Below, one piece after another: positions 31,932-32,931 of a stretch of DNA of 32,931 nucleotides; within the stretch, counting starts at the first letter, position 1; every line of letters starts with the position of its first letter. A model generated the notes under the pieces. It had not been told where the DNA came from and made no database searches. It worked only from the letters and a program-made list of their open reading frames with translations. The translations under genes were made by a program, and so were the position numbers. The DNA is taken from contig BLSG01000423.1 in assembly GCA_012862495.1 (NCBI GenBank), positions 48,088 to 81,018 of the forward strand. The letters are read 5' to 3'. The DNA is from Thraustochytrium aureum (lineage: Eukaryota).

Positions 31932-32014
31932 TACGATCGTGGTTTGGTTTGGGGCTTCGAGCTGCTAGCTTGTACGATCGTGGTTTGGTTTGTGGCTTCG
32001 AGCTGCTAGCTTGT
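31932..32014. repeat. 41-nt direct tandem duplication, one mismatch
   Basis: tacgatcgtggtttggtttg(g/t)ggcttcgagctgctagcttg at 31932 and 31973. Confidence 0.9.
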
Positions 32015-32931
32015 GCGTCTTGAGGAGCACGTTGCTTGCCGAATGGGAATCCGCGAGGGCCGCTTGAGCCCCTTTTCGGGGCCCGCACGAACCGCAGTCG
32101 AGCCGGCAAGGCCCACCAGCAGGGGCAGCAGTGCGCTCTGCTTTCACCTCCAGCTAGCTCGCCTTCAAGAGCTCCGTGCTCCTGCTGTGCGCGCAACCAC
32201 CGACTTGAGCGCGAGGCAACGCGCATGCGACACCGCGAGAGCCCGACAGCGCCGAGGGCGTCGCGCAGTTGTCGGGGACGTAGGAGGCGAGAGATGCGTG
32301 ACGCGGCTCGTTTTCGACGTGTCGGCGCGGGCGGCGGGGTTGTTGTTTGGCTTCGCGTCGGCCGATCCCGACGATCTCGGGTCGCGTGCGCGTGTGCGGC
32401 CGCCGATCACGAAAGATGTTGTCGGGAGAGCGAGCTCGACGTTTCACAGAGGTCGTGCAACTTGAACAAGCTGGTTTTTACACGGTGGGCTCACGAGCGC
32501 GCGCGCCGCGCTGTCAAAAAGGTCAGTCGATTAGCCTCTACGAGGCAGGCCTGGTAGGCACTGTCGGGCGAGAACGCCGTTGGTGGATGGCTGTGTCGTC
32601 TGAGGTCAGTTGATCAACATTTGCGCCGCGCTCATTGCGACCCTGTTCAAGCTCAAGGGCGGTCGGATGATCGGCGAGCTTGCCCATGCGCCTTCCTTGC
32701 AGATTTATGCAAGGCAGTCGCCGCTTGACGGGGATCCAAAGGTCTGTGGACGCCGTGCCGCACACAGTTATCGGCAGAGAAAAGGATGGAGCGACGAGCG
32801 TTGAAGGGCTTGCGGCCTTGACCTCGCTTGCACACACGGTGGAGCGTGGTGCTGAGAGCCGTGTGGTTTCTCCCACGCTAACAGGTCTCCGAGTCGCTCG
32901 CACCAGCGCGGGCAGCTCCCCGGGCGTCAGC

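Noticed and set aside
31435..32931. Candidate genes at the window end (minus ORF from ATG 31932; plus fragments 32416-32804)
   Set aside because: Short fragments with no recognisable domain; cannot be distinguished from non-coding DNA without expression data.

Overview
GC-rich, gene-dense and essentially intron-less eukaryotic DNA with seven assembly gaps. Gene content and style suggest a stramenopile protist such as a labyrinthulomycete/thraustochytrid; this is inference only. Recognisable genes are proteasome lid subunit RPN8, methylmalonate-semialdehyde dehydrogenase, an AGFG-type ArfGAP, a PX-PH-TKL kinase, a TPR + villin-headpiece protein, a divergent YjcF/ElaA-like GNAT, a sulfotransferase-like type II membrane protein, two beta-propeller membrane proteins and an IQ/coiled-coil protein. 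There are also tRNA-Tyr(GTA, with intron) and tRNA-Arg(CCG). About a dozen single-base frameshifts, mostly in short homopolymers, split the real genes and most likely reflect sequencing error. The most unusual signals are: (i) a tandem, mostly synonymously diverged copy of exactly the HP35 headpiece subdomain lying in the +1 frame behind a TTT-TGA stop, with a second C-terminal tandem duplication in another gene; (ii) an ArfGAP whose arginine finger is Gln; (iii) a kinase with a ~185-aa insert between subdomains X and XI. No mobile element, CRISPR array or multi-gene system can be supported from the sequence alone.
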